From: Paecilomyces variotii
Lineage: Eukaryota
NCBI GenBank assembly: GCA_004022145.1
Contig: RCNU01000001.1
DNA length: 64,000 nt
Direction: 5' to 3' (one strand)
Shown here: positions 52,452 to 64,000 of the stretch, one piece after another
Layout of the letters: the number at the start of each line of letters is the position of its first letter
Position numbering within the stretch: position 1 is the first letter of the stretch
Notes under the pieces: model-generated
The model's input: the letters and a program-made list of their open reading frames with translations, nothing else
Told to the model about the DNA's origin: nothing
The model's database searches: none
Translations under genes and position numbers: made by a program

Positions 52452-55400
52452 TCATTGAGTGCTAGCGAAATGTTTCAATATACCAGGTATAAAAATTTTT
52501 TGATTTTTCTCCACTTTTTTCGCCTCCCTCTAATTGGTCTGTTTTAAGTTACAGTTATATAACCTCTAATTTAATTGGTCTATTCTGAGTTATAGTTATA
52601 TAACCTTTAATTTGTTATATGTTTTAAACTGCTGCGTATTACCGCCTTCTGATTATTGAGCGCTAGTGAAATGTTTATTGAGCGCTAGCGAAATGTTTCA
52701 ATATACTAGGTATAAAAATTTTTTAATTTTTTTCTACTTTTTCTGCCTCCCTTTAATTAGTTTGTTTTAAGTTACAATTACATAATCTCTGATTTAATTA
52801 GTCTATTCTGAGTTACAGTTATATAACCTTTAATTTATTATCGCCGAGCGCTAGCGAGGCAATAAATTAGGGTACTTCTTTTTACGATCTTTTGCCAAGC
52901 CTCCTTCTAATTAGTTTAAATAGTTTAGCCATTATATATTTTTTTACCGCTTTCCCTTTTTATATATATAAATACTCCTTCTTTTAAGCTCCTATATAAC
53001 TTCGCATTAGCTTTAATTAATTACACCCCTCTAAGCTTACTTTCCTATTATTATTTTGCCTATTAGTTATATCTTTAGCTTTATAAACTTATACTTAATG
53101 CGCTAGGCTTCTGCCTCTATCTGAATTTATCTCTTCTTAGCATTTAATACCTACAGCTTAATGCTTAGAGTATTATAGTAAAGTAAGTCTTTCTCTATTA
53201 CTATTATTCTTACTAATATCCCCTTTTAGCATAAAGAATATATCTTAAAAGAAGTGCTCTAGATACTGCTTTAAATATAGCTCTAACTTTTTCCCCTACT
53301 TTTTATTACTGCAGTATATATAGTTCTAATAATAAGGATTTAGCCGAGGCCCAGCAGCATTAAACTGCTATTTAATATATCTATTAAGCCGCTTATTGTG
53401 CTAGTAATAAACTTACTCCTATTCCTTCTCTTTATATTTTAGTATCTTCTCCTATCCTATCCGCGGCGACTGCTAAATATATAAAAGACTTAGTTTCTTA
53501 GTTTAACCCTCTATTAGTGTTTAGTAGCGCCTTTAATCCTCCCTCCTTTAACACTATAATTACCATAGACAATTTAAAATACTATACTTATAGTAAGCAT
53601 GCGTTACTTATAGCCTTCTTTTATAATCTATCCAATATAAAATATAATATCTATAACCTATATTGTCCAGGGCTCCCTAATAATAGTTATTAAGGGATAT
53701 TTACTGCTACGCTAAAACCTACCTATTTATTATCTTTACCTACATTTATCCCTCTCCTATCCCTGGATCCTCCTTTACCCTTTATTATTCTATTGCCCGG
53801 TGACCTAGCCCTATCTGTAAAAGACTAAGAATGCCTCTGCGGCTTCTATACTAAGATAAGGGAGAATATAATATAGATATATAATATTTATCTTAAGCAA
53901 TAGTATATAAAGATAAATTATAATAGTATTTATAAACACTGTGCAAGAGACCTCCGCGCTAATAATAACCTTACTCTATATAGACCAGCTAACCATATAG
54001 ATCTAGGTATCCTGCTAGAGTTTCTTCCTAAACTAATATAGATAAAAGAGATACTTATTGCCCGCGTTTATATTTTTATTAAAATATATTAGGTCCGTAG
54101 TTAGCAGTATAAATATAATAGCCATATAATTAATTTCTTGTAGAATATAGGCAAAGTCTATAATAAATTACCCCTTATTCCCTTATAGCTAAATATTATC
54201 CTACTTTGCCCTTTAAACATATTAGCCGACCCTTGCCTGAACCGGCAATTCATATAAGATTTTTATATTTAGCGCGACTGCATACTGCAATAGCTGCAGT
54301 ATTTGCGCTAATACTACCTTAGCTATTGCAACATTAAGATTAATCCAGTAGCATTACAGGCTTTACCTAAAGATAACTCTATATTAGATTAATTAATTAT
54401 TTCTAAGGTGTCCGCAAAGCCTATAATAGAGTCTAATAATAATTCAAATAATAACCTAGATATAATTAAGACAGTTATTATTCTAGATACTTTGCTAGAC
54501 AAGTTTAAAATTAAGGCCCTTAGTAGATAGTTTAATAAAGCTATTCTAGATATATCGCTGCCGTTATTTAAAAGCATACCTTTGCCAGAATTTAACTGCA
54601 GTTAACCCTTACTAAGCTTAGTATTCCTAACACTATTTCCTACTAATAAGGCTAATTTTTTAACCCCCTAAATTCGAACTATATCTTACAAGAACTACCT
54701 TACTTATTTAATAAAGTATAAGGATAGACAATTCGCCTATTACCCGCGTTTCTATTATATAGTATTTAATACCTTAATATAGCAATAGGTAGGGACCCGC
54801 GCTAAATTCTATATCTCTTATAATATGCAGAACTGCAAGGAGCAATTAATTATAAAAGAGATTTGCCAGGCCTTGCAGAAGAGAATATCAGAGACTAAGG
54901 CTCTATTAAAGAGAGTTTTCTCTTTCTCCAATACCCTTCGCGGCATAACTTTATACTAAAATAGGTATTACAATAAGCTTATAGCCTTTATATTTAATCT
55001 TAGGTCTCCTCACCTATTCTTAATACTCTTTACAGCAGACTATTATTAAAATAATCTACAGCGCTATATATCCCGCTATAATAATTAGTTAACCGGTTTC
55101 CTATTAGATTGTATTAGGATCTTATAGAAGAATCTGCGAGATAATCCCCACATTATAGCCTATTAGTTTAACTACCGGTATATAGTCTTTAAAGAGAAAG
55201 TGCTTAAGAAGAAATTCGGCGTTATTAATATCTAAGACCGGTATAAATAGCAGGGTTATAGTTTAACCTATAACTATAGCATTTATTAGATGCCTAATAC
55301 CCCCTGCCCAGAATTTACTTATAACTAGTTTAAAGCAATTTAGGATTCTTTTACTTAATAGTAGGGGGTCTATATTTCTACTATAAAGCTTCTAGGTAGT

Positions 55401-58400
55401 TCTTAGGGTACTATGCTAGATAAGAGGTCTTTAATATCTCTCCTATTCAAGGACCTACTAAATACAGTAAGCTACCTAAGTACTATAGTAAACTAGGTCT
55501 AGCGCTATTATTACAATAAACAATACTGCTTCTATTAGTAGAAAGAGATAAAGGAGCTATATTACTAGTTTTACTTCCCTATAGCCTGCTAAGATAAGTC
55601 TATTATAAAGCAGCTGCTAGGAAATAAATACTACTATCTATACCCTTAGCGCGATAACCCTATGCTAAATATATATAATTATCTTATCTCTATGTCCTAG
55701 CTGGCAAATACTAATATCGCCCCCTATACTAGAAGCGCAGCTGTATTATATTATCTTACTAAGTATATTACTAAGAAGAAGCAAAATATAAGCTTCTTTA
55801 ATAATTTCTTAGACAAGATAATTCTTACCCTAAATATAGTAAATCCCCTTTTATTAACAGTGATAAAGCTAATAAACCGCACTATAATTAAGTAAGATTA
55901 GTTAGCTTAAGAAGTCTATTATCTATTTTTAGATCTACTATTACAATACAGGACTTAGGATATTATTAATATAAAATGCCGCAATTAGGAGTTACTAAGA
56001 GTCTTCTATTACTTTTTAGAGCATAATAATAATAATAAGCCAGTTAGGGGGAAATTAGTGCTAGAGAAGTATATACTCTAGACTAGTCTAGCTTTTAATA
56101 ACTAGACTTATCTATAATTCTTTTATAAGTCTAACCTTTAGCCTGACCTATAAACTAAAGAGTACCCTAGGGTAAAGCCGCGGGTATTACTGTATAAGCC
56201 TATCTACTTAAAGATAGATATAAAGAATTTTGCGCAGATAAAGATAATATTATATTATCCCTTTTAGAGTATTGCCGATTTACTAAATACTAGTAATATT
56301 AGTATATTTAAGAGCTTTGCTGCTACCTATAAATATTATATCTTAACTTATAATAATTATACGGACGACTTCTACTAGCAGGTAGAGGATAATAAAGAGA
56401 ATTTATTAGAAAAATACTTTGTCTAGATTAATAAAAAGGACCTCCTATAGGCGGCTCTGGCAGCTCAGGGGCTAATATATAGCCTAGATATTTAATTAAA
56501 GGATATTAATAATTTAGGAGAGCGTAATATCGACTGCGCCTATAACTAGACCTTTTATATCAGGCAATATATAGTCCCGCAGGATTACTGGGCAATATAT
56601 AAGACTAATTTCCTAGTAAATATCGCAGTATATTTATCGGCTAATTTTAATAACCTAGAACCTAAGCAGCGGGATCTATATAACCTAATTATAGATTATT
56701 ATATATATTACTTAAATAGAGATAACCCCGCGCAGCTGCTTATAAACCTAGATAAAAAGGCTAAGATAGGCAAATCCTATATTATTATGCTGATTTTATC
56801 TGTATTAGTAAATATAGCTAATAAGAGATAGCTACTTAAGTCTCCTATCCTCTAAGCGGCCCCTATTAGGGTAGCGGCCTATAACATTAATAAGAAAACC
56901 CTTTATAGCCTCTTTCGCCTGCCTATAGCGCTGCCTATAGCCTATTAGCTATTATCTTTATAAAGCCGGCAAAGCCTATAGGCTGCGTTTATAGGGATCT
57001 ATTATTTAATTATTAATAAGAAGTTAATAGTAGGTCTTTACCTGCTAATATAGATTTCTTACTAATATTAGGAGATCTTCCCTAGTAACAGTTATTTATT
57101 TAGGGGTCTAAATATTATATTAGCGGGTAATTTCTTCTAGTTGCCTCCAGTAGCCGCAAAGCCTTTATTTAAGGTATATATTAACTATCTAATACTGGAT
57201 AAAATCGGGCAGTTATTATATTAGCGCTTTAATATTATAATCTAATTAAATACTATATAGCAGTAATCTAGCATAAATAAGATCTCTATCTAATTTAAGC
57301 GGGCCCTAGATTATCTCCAGAAGAACTATATAAATTAGGCCGACTAAGAATTATTACTTATACAAACTGCGGCGGCAGTACTAGAGGAGGTTTCTTAGTT
57401 TTATAATATCTTATAAATTCTGCCTACTAGGAAGTTAGTCAGCGCATATAATTATAAGGTTATATATAATTTATGGCGGCCTATTATTAAGGTTACAGCC
57501 TTTAATTAGGGGCATAGCATAGCTATTAATAAGGTTAAGAATAATAAGGCTAGTAACTTAGCGCAGGAGCTTTAATTATCTATTAATGCCCGGATTATGC
57601 TTATAGAGAATATTTAGGTAGAATATAATTTAATTAATAGCTCCTTTAGTATTATTTATAATATTAGGTAAGATCTGGGTATAAAGGACTATTACAGGCA
57701 TCCTCTGTTTATACTAATAGTCTGGTTTAATTACTATAGCAGGCTATCTTATTCTACAAATAATAAGAGTAGGTTAATTATTCTCTTGCTCTAGTTATAC
57801 AGGGACTTTACTATTAAGAATATATAATATTTATATATATAATTCCTAGTAGTAGTGGCATACGCTATTAGCATATATAAGTCCTAGGGTATAACGCTGA
57901 ACCAGGCTGTATTAAATATCTCGCATAAGGAGTTTAGCCCTAGCTTAAACTATATAGCAGTTTCCTGGGTTAAGACTCTCTCTAGTATTTTATTTGAGGA
58001 GCCCTTTAATCTATAGTACTTTAATATGTAAATTAATAAGTATAAGACAGACCGGCTAGCGGACGCAAAACGGCAATAAGATTAATATATATATCTCCTT
58101 TCCTTTATAGCTATAGTTACTAACTATTTATTCCTGTTGTTAATATTATTGAGGTTCTCCTCTACCTAATCCTATGCCCAATCCTTTTATTCTTTTTATA
58201 CTATTAATACTGGCTCTAGGAGTAAAGTAAATAGAGGAAGATAAAAAGGAGGAGCTATATAATATTGGGAGTAGAGGAGATATATTATTGGGAGACGAGA
58301 ATTTATCGGAATTTTAATCTAGCTAATTAGGAGCCATTATTTTAGGCTATTTTAAATACTCTAATTTAAATTGTTTTTCTTTGCTTTAAATGCTGGCTTC

Positions 58401-60492
58401 TTATTAGTCTATTCAGAATATTAATATTAATTATAATACCGCACCCCGGCCGTCCGCTGCTTATACTAAATTCCCTATCTCCTCTCCCCCTTCCTATCCT
58501 CTACTATAGCTTCACGCTTTTATATTCCCTTACTGCCTTCTTATTACTATTAGGCCTCCTTCTGTTATTGGTAACTAGTGTTATTTATTACCCCTGCCGC
58601 GTTCCTTCCCGTTTAGAATCTTAGATTTACCTAGAAAGTAATTATATTCTTTCCCCCTCAGATTTACAGCAGAGAGAGAGTTTATATCCTATTTTTTAGG
58701 TATAAAAGGGTATATCTGCTCCTATTTTCTTCTTTTCTTTTTTTTTTTTTCTTTTCCCTAGCGCAGTAGTAAGCCTACCTACCTATAGGCCTCGCTGTGC
58801 TTTGCTTCTTTTATTATTATGTGTTATTTCTTTTATAGATTCTATAGCCGAGGGCTACCTAAAATAGTAGCCCCTGTTTTAAGTTATTAAGATCTATATA
58901 AAAGCAAATATATTATATATAGGGGCGGTTATTATTAACCTGCTAGGAGCCTATAATAAGCTATATTATTATTTCTCTATTAGCTATTACTAACTTATTA
59001 GCTTAGGCCCAATTTATTAGAGCACCTAGCTAATTCCTTTGCAGCTTGCTAATTATCTTAGTAGGCCTATTCCTCTGCTCCATTAAAAGAGAAAGTAGGT
59101 TACGCTTATTCTACTTATTATTCAGTAATAAAGACTAATATTCCAATTAATAAGCTCTAGCGGCATTAATAGAAGCATTATTTAATAAGCAGCTTAATAT
59201 TTTTAAACAACATACTTCTCTGCTCCGTTACCTCCTCTGCTCCTCTTAGTTTCTATCTAAGTCCCTCGAACCCCCCCTAAAGGGGGGGTCTGAGACTGCT
59301 CCTCTACTCCGTTAGCTCCTTTACTCCGTTAGCTCCTCTACTCTATCAGCCCCTCTGCTCTGTTATAACTACAGTAGCAACACCAGCCATACCAGCAGCA
59401 CTAGCTACAGCAGCACTGGCCGCAGCAATATTAGCCATAACAGTACTGGCTGCAGCTGCCCCAGCTACAGCAGCTGCCTATTAGGGCAGTTTGGCAATAG
59501 AAAGGTTACCAGTTCAAATCCAGCTTCAGATTTCATCTTTTTTTCTTTTTCCGGTCTGTTCCTTCCCCTAAATTAACATGTTTCTACATGTTTTACACAT
59601 GATATAATGTGCCTAGACATAAAAAAAGATAATCTGACCTAGGGATCAGCTTGAATAGTTTAAAATCATAGGGTTAAGGTCTTATAGGTTTAGATTAATC
59701 ATCATCTCCCCATATATAAAAGGCGGCGGTCCGGTGCGAATACCACTAGACTACCGGTCCAGATTATATGGCAGGTTTTATCCCATTATTCTACATATAA
59801 CACGCCTGGCTAGGGGGTTTAAAGGCGGTATTCATGTAGTCTACTATCCTGTATATACTGAATCTCTAAATCTAATATTAAGTTACATGCTCCTAGCTTG
59901 CTTAGTAATAAGCGCTCGGTGTCTTTGCTACAGTCTGGCGCGGGCGCCCCGTAGGATAACTAGTATATTTTAAACTGCTAGGTATTACTGCCTTCTAATT
60001 TAGAAAATTAAAATAACTCCTCCTAACCTCCTATATAAGTTCGCGTCTATATTAATTAACTTATACCCTTTATAGTCCTTACCCCCTACTTTTTATCGCC
60101 TATTTAGCTATTATAAAAGCTCGCTTTAAAAGTATTTTCTTCTATTTAAATATTAGCTTTTTATTGGTCTGTTTAAGATATTAACTATAATAGCTAAATC
60201 CCTCCTATCTATTCTTCTCCTACTTATCCCCCTTCTGCCTATTCTGCCTATAGGCTTTAATTTCTTATATTATCTGGTAATTACTAACTAGCTTTACCTA
60301 TTAAATGATTCTTTATGATGATTATTAACTAGAAACCTAATAAATTACTTGATTAAGCAATTAACCTATCTGCTAGGCTTTGCCAGCGCGCCAGCGCGTT
60401 AGCGCTAATAGCCAGCTTAGTCAGAGCAGCCAGCTTGGTCACTACGCTCAATGATTATTTGCTACGGCCCCTCCTAGCCGTAGCGCACCTAG
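52452..60492 (+). mobile_element. RIP-degraded Helitron (Helitron2/Helentron-like Rep-helicase), ~8.0 kb
   Basis: AT-rich island containing a Rep/PIF1 relic. 5' end TCATTGAG.. at 52452 (alternative start 52447). Inverted copy of that motif at 60439-60454, hairpin GCTACGGC-N8-GCCGTAGC at 60461-60484, then CTAG (60489-60492) followed by T. Confidence 0.85.
53700..58080 (+). pseudogene. Helitron Rep-helicase relic (DUF6570-like N-region, HUH Rep, PIF1 helicase)
   Basis: De-RIP motifs: LP.LTQIEE.LIARVH (~54,025); HLFLTLS.AD.HW (~55,010); YEWQGRGSTHNHGI.W (~55,240-55,290); YLTKY.TK (~55,755); Walker A LDG.AGTGKS (~56,750); AAPTGVAAYNI.G.TLHSL; IIDEKSMVG; AGDFFQLPPV; AISVHKSQG.TL; YVAVSRVK (~57,950). 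The true start probably lies further upstream. Confidence 0.9.
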
Positions 60493-61245
60493 TAAGACAA
60501 TAAATGGGTGTGTCTATCGCAAGGTAAGTTTTTAATAGATAGTATTCAAAGCTCCCTTCTCTGTCTCCTTATGGTTACATTTTTCGTCCAGCACACAGGT
60601 CTTCTAAGCGCGTGGGATTCCTGTTAAGACCACTAAGAACAACTCTGCTTGAAAGAGCTGAACTGTGATACAATGTTTCTGGCAAATATCATCCTGGTGT
60701 GAGCGTTATATCCCAGGCGGCTAACTCAGTGACGCAGGCGTTTACCGCCCCGGGCCAATGATTTATCCGAGTAAGTAATCTCGATGCCAAGACAAACCGC
60801 CGAGCTTATGAACGTCTTACTATGCTTCCCTGCAAGTCTATGTTCTATTGAGCACGCAGCAGCAAATTCTTCGGGAGAGCTCTAACGGCTGTGCTGCTGG
60901 CAGCGGGCGCTTGACATGCGCACGACCTTTGCTTTAAGATTCTGCGTTCTTTGAGCCTTTCTCTCCACTCATCCCGCGGGGCTTTTGGGTCAGGCTTGAT
61001 ACGCCTCTAGCCGCCCGCATTCAGTATCGGTGCTAGCTTTAGGCCCTCAGAGCACACTGTAATATGAGCAATCAGGTGAGCCATGATTTTAATCTGCCAG
61101 CATACCAGACCCTTATAAAGATGTACCTGAATCCATAATTATGGTACTTATCTGATATCCTTTATCTCTACTAGGCTCGTTTTGCTCCCTGTCAACGACT
61201 TGACTAGCCTGCCTCGTATTTCTACATCATGAACGAGTATTCATC

Positions 61246-64000
61246 ATGAGGGATCCGAGCCTGAATATGGAACCGAATACTACTGGGCAGCAACAGCTGT
61301 CTGCAACTACAAATGGCGCTGAGCCGCGCAAGCAACAAAACAAGTCCGTACGAGTAGCGTTCGGTCCGGACTTGGAGACCTACATTCCTCCGCGCGATGA
61401 ATCTCCTGCGCCCGTACAAGGGCATCATAGGTCATTCACTATGCATGCGTTACCGCCGCCGCAGTCTAGGCCAACGAGCTCATCCGCAGGGGAGAACCCA
61501 ATTGTGGTTCCGGGCAGCCCTCCCACCGTCACTCCGGATCGCGCATCGGACAGTGGGCGACCAGCAACACTGAAGAGGGCGAAGAGTGACTATGGTCCCA
61601 GGTTGGGAGTTGATAAGGCAGCAACGGGCGATGAAGAAGAAGATTTCGCAATGAGGCATGGATGGCAGGAAGAATATACTTCCAGCGAATACTTGAAAAT
61701 TCTTCATTCGGTGAGCACATCAAAGAACCCTCTGCAATGAGATTTCGGGACGGGCGGGAAATCTGATATTTGCAGAACTTCTACATGTATTATACGGAGA
61801 AGCGCCATGAGACAGACGGTATCCCGAGGGACCCAGTGGGAAGCTGGCCCAGCCAGGACTGGCGGATGCGGGATCGCCTAAAGACGGTCTCTGCAGCCCT
61901 GGCCATTTGCCTCAACATCGGTGTTGACCCTCCAGACGTCGTGAAGACAAACCCTAGTGCTAAGCTGGAGTGCTGGGTCGACCCTACCTCTTCTACAACG
62001 GGTGGACAGAACAAGATAATGGAGCAGATCGGGAAGAAATTGCAAGAGCAATATGAAACTCTCAGCTTAAGAACCAGGTATAAGCAATACCTCGATCCTT
62101 CGGTGGATGAAACGAAGAAATTTTGCATCTCTCTGCGTCGTAATGCAAAGGACGAGAGGGTGCTCTTTCACTATAACGGTCATGGAGTTCCGTTGCCGAC
62201 GCAATCTGGCGAGATTTGGGTATTCAACAAGAATTACACCCAATACATCCCAGTCTCCCTATATGATCTGCAGTCTTGGCTTGCTGGCCCTAGCTTGTTC
62301 GTATTTGATGTTTCTCATGCAGGCAATATTCTCTACAACTTTCATGCCTTTGTTGAGAAACATGAAAAGGAAAACATAGAGGCAAAGAAAAGGGATCCTA
62401 ATGCAGTTGTCCAGAACTACGGTGACTGCATACTTCTAGCAGCTTGCCAAAAGAATGAGTCTCTCCCCACGAATCCTGACCTTCCAGCGGATCTTTTTAC
62501 ATGTTGCCTGACAACTCCCATCGAGATTGCCCTTCGTTACTTTATCCTCCAAAATCCTCTTCAGAGCAACATCTCTGTGGATGAATTCAGAGTCCCTGGT
62601 CGTCTTCAGGATCGAAGAAGTCCTCTGGGAGAGCTGAATTGGATCTTCACCGCAATAACCGACACTATTGCATGGAACACATTACCGCGAGCTCTGTTCA
62701 AGAAACTCTTTCGTCAAGACCTCATGGTTGCGGCTCTTTTCAGAAACTTTCTGTTGAGTGAACGTATCATGCGGGCTTATCAGTGCCACCCGATGTCTTC
62801 CCCTGAATTACCACCGACTCACAACCACCCCTTGTGGCAGAGCTGGGACCTGGCTATCGAGATGGTGCTTGCTCAGCTTCCCGCCCTGATCGATCATGAG
62901 GAAGGGCGGAGGCATTATGAGTACCAGCATTCTACGTTCTTCGCTGAACAGCTCACTGCCTTCGAAGTTTATCTCTCATCCGGCCCCACGGAAAAGAATC
63001 CACCGGATCAGCTTCCGATTGTCTTGCAGGTTCTTCTGAGTCAGGCACATCGACTGAGAGCGTTGATCCTCCTCAGCAAATTTCTAGATCTTGGGCCGTG
63101 GGCGGTCCACCTAGCTCTGAGCATCGGTATCTTTCCTTACGTTGTCAAACTACTGCAGTCCGCTGCGCAGGAGTTAAAGCCTGTGATGGTCTTCATCTGG
63201 GCAAGGATCATGGCTGTCGACCATACGGTGCAGAATGATCTTCTCAAGGACAATGGCATCCATTATTTCATCAACATTCTGAACCCCTCTTCCCCCATAC
63301 CTGTTGGAAACGCCAGCGAGCATAGAGCCATGTGCGCATTCATCGTTTCGATATTCTGCAAGAACTATCCACAAGGACAGAACGTCTGCCTTTCGCCAGA
63401 ATTATTCGATGCATGTCTAAAGCACCTCACAGATGTAGAGAACCCTCTGCTGCGGCAATGGTCTTGCCTTTGTTTGAGTATGCTCTGGCTGGACTTCCCG
63501 GAAGCAAAATGGATGGGCATTCGCTGCGCTGCTCCAACTCGGCTCTGCGAACTCAATTTCGATCCTGTTCCAGAGGTTCGAGCTGCCGTGCTTCACGCAC
63601 TGACCAGCTTCCTCGGCATTCCTGACCTAACGGATCAGGTCGAACAGATCGAGGAAACTATCGCAATGGGAGTGCTACCAATGGCCGCGGATGGAAGTGC
63701 TCTGGTGAGAAAGGAGCTCCTGGTCTTCTTTTCTCAATTCGTGAAGCGATACCAGAATAAGTTCCTGGTTGCGGCGTATGAGGAGCTGATAGAGGAAAAG
63801 AAGACGTTGCTTGAGCGGCTACGAGACGAGAAATCGCAGTCTGTCTTTCTGAACGGTGCTGTGATGGATAAATCATCTGCGTCCCCCAAGGCAGCACTGT
63901 CACGAAACACTACGTTCGGGACTATCTGGAAGCAACTGCTCATTCTTTCCGTCGATCCACATCCTGACATTGCTCAAGATGGTAGTATCGTCGTTGACTA
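61246..64000 (+). CDS. KOG1: Raptor, TORC1 scaffold subunit (Kog1/Mip1), 3'-truncated by the window edge
   Basis: Exon 1 61246-61710, intron 61711-61775 (GT-AG), exon 2 from 61776. Raptor N-terminal conserved domain WRMRDRLKTVSAALAICLNIGVDPPD, LFHYNGHGVP, LPADLFTCCLTTPI, PPDQLPIVLQVLLSQAHRLRAL. Confidence 0.95.

Noticed and set aside
52452..52865. Repeated GAGCGCTAGCGA motifs as a CRISPR-like array
   Set aside because: Eukaryotic context, irregular spacing and duplicated rather than unique spacers; explained as Helitron terminal repeats.

Overview
Eukaryotic, intron-containing sequence from a filamentous ascomycete; the gene set and protein sequences look Eurotiales-like. (1) About 1-29,000 is an extremely AT-rich block of nested LTR retrotransposon relics destroyed by repeat-induced point mutation (RIP). 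It includes a structurally complete 10.4-kb Ylt1-like Gypsy element with 341-bp LTRs, a 4-bp TSD and an unexplained ~3-kb extra coding relic after integrase. That element and a solo LTR both sit inside an inverted copy of the same family. (2) About 30,100-50,000 holds conserved genes: gamma-COP/SEC21, a phosducin-like protein, an RsmA/Fcr3-type bZIP, casein kinase I and the TeaA/Tea1 kelch protein. It also holds a 968-bp non-autonomous Copia-type mini-element (TRIM-like) with an intact TSD, PBS and PPT. (3) About 52,450-60,490 is a RIP-degraded Helitron (Rep + PIF1 helicase) whose ends combine an asymmetric inverted repeat with a hairpin-CTAG 3' end. (4) 61,246 to the window end is the 5' part of Raptor/KOG1. 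I found no intact novel multi-gene system; the best leads are the retroelement's extra ORF, the Helitron termini and cargo, and the TRIM. Protein motifs inside the relics were read by mentally reversing C>T/G>A changes, so they are inferences, and their internal coordinates are approximate.
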